Assembly (NCBI GenBank): GCA_002898395.1
Contig: BEHE01000025.1
Coordinates: 1-18,885 of the forward strand
Direction: 5' to 3'
DNA from: Candidatus Calditenuaceae archaeon HR02
GTDB taxonomy: Archaea; Thermoproteota; Nitrososphaeria_A; Caldarchaeales; Calditenuaceae
Length of the DNA: 18,885 nt
The notes under the pieces were generated by a model, which saw only the letters and a list, made by a program, of their open reading frames with translations, was not told the origin of the DNA and ran no database searches. Of the stretch, positions 15,357 through 18,885 are shown piece after piece. How positions within the stretch are numbered: position 1 is the first letter of the stretch; every line of letters begins with the position of its first letter. Position numbers and translations under genes: made by a program.

Positions 15357-16514
15357 TTATTCCATATGCCAGAGTTTTTCTAATGGATAGTTGTTTGGAA
15401 AAAGTTTGGAGATATCCCTGTCCGAGCTTGTTGGAAATGATATATTGTTCTCTGCCGTTGCGAGGAATCCAACCGTGATATAGAGGATTAGGGCTGTCCA
15501 AGTAATGGTCTGGTATAGATTTGATTTGGTCTTTGAACGTATCGAATCGCCTATTGATTCTGCTCCCTTGTATATTGCGACTAGGAACCCTGGGTATGTC
15601 AAAAATACGAACCTCGAACTTATTATTCCTATGAAATGGTCAAGAACGATGAATCCTCCTCCGACTATTAGGGATGATAGGAACAGATTATCCCTTCCCT
15701 TAGCCGATTTGCTTATATTTATTGTTGTATACACTATCAATATCCACCCGATGTGATAGGCTGCGATTATCTGGTATAGCTCCTTCAGAACTTTATCGAT
15801 GGCGAGTGAGCTTTGCAATGCCTGGTAGAAATATGAGGTATAGCCTGGTTCTGGGACTAATATGCTAGATGTTGCTAAGCCACCAGTGGCGAATATAAAG
15901 AGGATGAGGGTTTCCTTAAGCGCTTGATAAAGATTTTTGTCATTTAATATTCTATAAACGAATATGTACGCTATGCCAAGGATGCTGACTTCTCGGCCCA
16001 TAGTTGTAAAATATAATAAAACTCCGAGAAGAAGTAAAGATTTGGTTTTTTGCTTTTGATCAGTTGCTAGATATAGGATTGATGCCGCTATAGTTAGATA
16101 ACTAAGCATGTCTGTCGATATTGCGGCTCCATAAACCATTACTGGTACTGAGAAGGAAAAGAGAATCGAAACAATGGTTGCAGTTTTGAGATCATAGAGT
16201 TTTTTAATCGACAAGAAGTATAGTGTCACAGTTGTTATCCAGAGAACAGAATTAGTTAATCCAAACGCATTGTTTACACCGATGTAGCTAGATAATGTAT
16301 TAGCGGCTGCTGGCATAACTATACGCATACGGAAGGGCTGTGGCGGTGGGGCATCGACCTCACCCCTCAGCCAAAGCAGTAGATGTACGTAAAAAGGCGA
16401 GTCAAAATCTAACTTTGGGTCACCACGTACTTGGTTGGCATTCCCAAAATGGAGGATTGCGCTAATGGTAGCGAGTAGACAGACCATAATTAAAGGCTTT
16501 CTAGTATTTGTCAC
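15357..16514 (-). CDS. Polytopic membrane protein, possibly a GT-C-fold glycosyltransferase
   Basis: A 385-aa protein with about 10 hydrophobic helices. An acidic DFD motif follows TM1 (GDPKLDFDSPFY), reminiscent of the first-loop motif of ArnT/PMT-type enzymes. The functional call is weak. The gene is visibly more A+T-rich than its neighbours. Confidence 0.45.
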   Translation of the reverse strand: MTNTRKPLIMVCLLATISAILHFGNANQVRGDPKLDFDSPFYVHLLLWLRGEVDAPPPQPFRMRIVMPAAANTLSSYIGVNNAFGLTNSVLWITTVTLYFLSIKKLYDLKTATIVSILFSFSVPVMVYGAAISTDMLSYLTIAASILYLATDQKQKTKSLLLLGVLLYFTTMGREVSILGIAYIFVYRILNDKNLYQALKETLILFIFATGGLATSSILVPEPGYTSYFYQALQSSLAIDKVLKELYQIIAAYHIGWILIVYTTINISKSAKGRDNLFLSSLIVGGGFIVLDHFIGIISSRFVFLTYPGFLVAIYKGAESIGDSIRSKTKSNLYQTITWTALILYITVGFLATAENNISFPTSSDRDISKLFPNNYPLEKLWHME

Positions 16515-16632
16515 CCTAGGGCCGAACTCATATTTGATTTATTAAAACATTTCTTATCATGGGGGGTACTGATGAGCAGATGACTATGACGGCTTTTCTA
16601 TTCTGGATACGAATTCGGAGCCATACGGCTAC

Positions 16633-16926
16633 TTGCTGGGGAAGGCCTCAATCTCTTCTATTCCCAGTTTTTATGAGGCCGCATGCGAACATTATTCTCG
16701 ATACGAGTTCTATAAATTTTTATATCTCGTTAATTGTCATTTTTACTGTGTTTTCCGCGGGATTATTGATAGAATTGCTGAATTGAAGGGTAGAGTCGAG
16801 GTGTTTAGGGATAAGCTCTCAAAAAATGAGGTGTTGACGCGTTATGTATTGATCGACCCTTTCCTCAAGCTTTTGGGCTGGGATACTGAGGACCCAAGGC
16901 AAGTTAAGCCAGAGTTAATGACTTAG
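16633..16926 (+). pseudogene. Probable truncated remnant of a restriction-endonuclease-like (HsdR N-terminal type) protein
   Basis: Only the last ~45 codons look genuine. SKNEVLTRYVLIDPFLKLLGWDTEDPRQVKPE resembles the sE..tr..lI.P.L..LGW motif that begins HSDR_N-type domains. The ORF then stops at 16924-16926 before the nuclease core. Confidence 0.3.
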
Positions 16927-17379
16927 GTAGGTGGAGGTGGTCAAGTATTTAGTGGCGATAGGCGAAGCGAGCAGGGACGACCTTAGGATAAAGATCGGCT
17001 GCTAAGTTTCTCTTCGTGGCCTTCTCCAGGCTGTATGATATTTTGCAATAGAGTGTTTCGACAACAGCTAGGCCGCCCAAACAAATCGAGAAAAGCCCTC
17101 CGCCGCATGAAAATATGGACGGATAGCCATGGGTGAGAGCACCTCACCCCTCAAACGTTTAATAGAATCAATAACATGCTTCTCGCCCCAGAGGCCGCAT
17201 CCCCTAACCCCTAAAACCCACACACCGACACAAAACACCCAACACACCCAAGCAACCCTAGACAGTGGAAATAGACTCCACACCCAGAAACCCCCCACAA
17301 ACCATAACACCTATATTCTCAGACACACCATCTCCCCACCGAAGAGCCAACCCAGCACCAAACCAGGAAAACCCCAAAT

Positions 17380-17466
17380 GCGGCGGTGCCCTAGCCCGGT
17401 AGGGGGGTGGCCTGCTAAGCCACTGGGCCGATAAAGCCCGCGAGGGTTCAAATCCCTCCCGCCGCG
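17380..17466 (+). tRNA. tRNA-Ser (anticodon GCU), class II, no intron
   Basis: Hand-folded. The acceptor stem is GCGGCGG/CCGCCGC, with discriminator G. The D stem is CCCT/GGGG. The anticodon stem is GTGGC/GCCAC with loop CTGCTAA. The long variable arm is GGGC-CGATAAA-GCCC. The T arm is GAGGG-TTCAAAT-CCCTC. No CCA is encoded. Confidence 0.9.
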
Positions 17467-17471
17467 GGGTA

Positions 17472-17590
17472 GTTAAATTATTATAATAAGCAGGGGGAAT
17501 AAGGGGGGAGGGGCGGGTGTTCGTCTGCACTTCATCATATTCCTGCCGATACTTTTCTTCAAAATCTCACAAATCTTCCACCACTCCTTC
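17472..17590. repeat. Left arm of a 119-bp perfect inverted repeat
   Basis: Base-by-base comparison shows 17472-17590 equals the reverse complement of 18663-18781 with no mismatch. Imperfect similarity (many mismatches) continues inward to about 17675 on the left and about 18578 on the right. Confidence 0.9.
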
Positions 17591-18357
17591 CTTTCCCCTA
17601 TCTTGTCCATATAACGCCGTGTCCTCTTTATGGAGAAATCGATGAGGTATCTCCTCCTAGGTATCGATGTTCCGACCTTCTCCAAGAACCTTTGATGGTC
17701 CTCAGGATAGATATACGTCACATATACGTCATTCTTCCTCTCTATCCACATTCGCCTCTTGGGATGCCATGCTTTGCTACCCTTCTTAATCGCTAGTATC
17801 AATGGACTTGTCCTTATATCCAGCTCGGCAAGTAGCTGTCTGATATATTCGAGTAATTGGACATCGGTGTTCGCGTAGGCTGGCATCAATCCTGCGCCAT
17901 CACCGTCGAAGAAGCCTCTTAGGAATCCTAGTCTCGCCTCGGGGTCGGAGTCCATGTATTTCCGCCACTCGCCACTATCTAGCAGATAGTATGGCTCGGT
18001 TGATGTGGCGTACACTCTGTAACCACCGTCCCTGAATATTATCGACGGTCATAACCCTATCCTCCTTAGAGCCTCAGCAAATGCCTCCACAAACTCTCGA
18101 TCCCTGACACGCAACATAAGGTCTGAATTGCCCGCATGTCTTTTTCTGTTGCCATCCGATAAAACACTCCCGACAACATACCTAAACCAATAACCCTCCC
18201 TCACAACAACACTGACCCTACCTTCAGGCCTATGAGTTCCTCTACACCAGTAGCTGATTTGGCTTTTACTTAACCACACCCCGAATAATTCATAAATCCT
18301 CTCCTGAATCTTCCTATAGCTCATATCTTCCCCCTGAGCTCCAGCACCCTTTGACAC
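17473..18357 (-). pseudogene. Double-motif LAGLIDADG endonuclease-like protein with N-terminal HTH, interrupted by a single in-frame TGA
   Basis: ORF 18049-18357 holds the HTH (MSYRKIQERIYELFGVWLSKSQISYW) and LAGLIDADG motif 1 (FRYVVGSVLSDGN). ORF 17473-18015 holds motif 2 (LGFLRGFFDGDGA). The two ORFs share one frame (885 nt, 295 codons) and are separated only by TGA at 18049-18051. The likely start is ATG 18324. Confidence 0.75.
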
Positions 18358-18519
18358 ATCCTCACCCTAACTGGATATGGGAGGTAGTGCCTCTCCAAAC
18401 CCACCTCCACCTGTTCAGGGACACTTATATACCGCTTAGGCCACCCCCCTCCTACATCCACGACATGGCCTAGTCCTTAGCCTTACACCGCAGTATGGAC
18501 ACCAGACACTATAGGTTAG

Positions 18520-18780
18520 CCAATACATCCTACAAACACTAAAGTAGCTGGGGGCTATCAGGAGTTCCTCAAAACCGTGGGAACATCGATAACCAGGAAG
18601 AGATACTTCATCGAATTATCAACAAAGGCGATTCGTTACTACATGGATGAGATAAGAGAAAAGAAGGAGTGGTGGAAGATTTGTGAGATTTTGAAGAAAA
18701 GTATCGGCAGGAATATGATGAAGTGCAGACGAACACCCGCCCCTCCCCCCTTATTCCCCCTGCTTATTATAATAATTTAA
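18520..18780 (+). pseudogene. Degenerate 3' fragment of a second LAGLIDADG gene copy, in inverted orientation
   Basis: Translation ...GGYQEFLKTVGTSITRKRYFIELSTKAIRYYMDEIREKKEWWKICEILKKSIGRNMMKCRRTPAPPPLFPLLIIII parallels the C-terminus of the full gene (PEDHQRFLEKVGTSIPRRRYLIDFSIKRTRRYMDKIGERKEWWKICEIL...). Weaker, frame-broken similarity (LFRD..., SMDTRHYRLA) may extend back to about 18400. Confidence 0.6.
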
Positions 18781-18781
18781 C
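18663..18781. repeat. Right arm of the 119-bp perfect inverted repeat
   Basis: See 17472-17590. Confidence 0.9.
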
Positions 18782-18786
18782 AGTAA

Positions 18787-18885
18787 CGCCGGGGGTGGGA
18801 TTCGAACCCACGCGCCCCGTCAAGGGGCAGCGGCTGTCGCGTCGGGCCAGCATTGGTTTGATGATCTCGAGGCCGCCCCAATGGC
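18787..18885 (-). tRNA. tRNA-Ser (anticodon CGA), class II, with a 30-nt intron at 37/38; the 5' part is cut by the window edge
   Basis: Hand-folded from the reverse complement. The T arm is GTGGG-TTCGAAT-CCCAC, the 3' acceptor strand is CCCCGGC, and the discriminator is G. The variable arm is GCCCC-TTGAC-GGGGC. The anticodon stem is GCGGC/GCCGC and the loop is CTCGAG|A, interrupted by ATCATCAAACCAATGCTGGCCCGACGCGAC (plus-strand coordinates 18836-18865). The 5' acceptor strand is not in the window. Confidence 0.75.

Noticed and set aside
16569-16575. CTGATGA upstream of the restriction-like remnant, as a possible C box
   Set aside because: No matching D or D' boxes occur at a 12-nt guide spacing.
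17096-17106. CCCTCCGCCGC, nearly identical to the 3' end of tRNA-Ser(GCU) (CCCTCCCGCCGC), as a possible att-site remnant
   Set aside because: It is only 11 nt and needs a gap. It also lies upstream of the intact tRNA in the same orientation, which is the wrong side for a classical 3'-end integration scar. It could be revisited if an integrase is found nearby.
17201-17220. Telomere-like CCCTAA-type repeats
   Set aside because: There are only two imperfect units within a generally A+C-rich tract, and the context is prokaryotic.
17129-17530. ORFs 17129-17434 (+) and 17258-17530 (-)
   Set aside because: Both run through the tRNA-Ser(GCU) gene and the A+C-rich tract, and their translations are low-complexity.
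18715-18721. C-box-like ATGATGA inside the perfect inverted repeat, as a possible C/D box sRNA
   Set aside because: There is no CTGA D box or C'/D' motifs at the expected spacing. The downstream candidate is CTGC.
1-18885. CRISPR arrays, rRNA genes and prophage structural genes
   Set aside because: No regularly spaced repeats, rRNA-like segments or phage hallmark proteins were seen on either strand.

Overview
This window looks archaeal, most likely from a crenarchaeon (Thermoproteota). The evidence is a tRNA with an intron at the canonical 37/38 position, GGTGA-type ribosome-binding sites, AT-rich TATA-like boxes about 30 nt upstream of start codons, and a free-standing LAGLIDADG gene. It divides into four blocks. 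(1) 1-4745 is an insertion-sequence graveyard. It holds a partial IS6-like element, an IS110-family transposase broken into three frames, a RelE/antitoxin pair, a compact 884-bp IS5/IS4-like element with 19-bp inverted repeats, a coiled-coil ORF, a second frameshifted IS6-like element, and a decayed MacB/FtsX-type permease gene. (2) 4807-7265 encodes small secreted or membrane proteins, a frameshifted winged-helix regulator, and a membrane-anchored cupredoxin whose axial Met appears to be replaced by Gln. (3) 7330-12540 is the most interesting coding block. An HxlR-type regulator is divergently transcribed from a tightly packed seven-gene operon: DoxX, a DsbA protein with a winged-helix tail (SpxH/YjbH-like architecture), a Ddn-like split-barrel reductase, a SAM methyltransferase, a second DsbA, a two-domain unknown protein, and a CatE-like extradiol dioxygenase. 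This resembles the Bacillus quinone/thiol-stress regulons and is followed by a convergent ABC-2 exporter at 12810-14980. (4) 15150-18885 is an A+T-rich block. It contains a polytopic GT-C-like membrane protein, a restriction-enzyme-like remnant, and an A+C-rich tract. After these come two convergent tRNA-Ser genes (GCU, and an intron-containing CGA that is cut by the window edge). The two tRNA genes bracket a LAGLIDADG endonuclease-like gene that has one in-frame TGA. A 119-bp perfect inverted repeat flanks this gene, and its right arm is the 3' end of a degenerate second gene copy. No CRISPR array or rRNA was seen. All family assignments come from motif recognition by eye; no searches were run.
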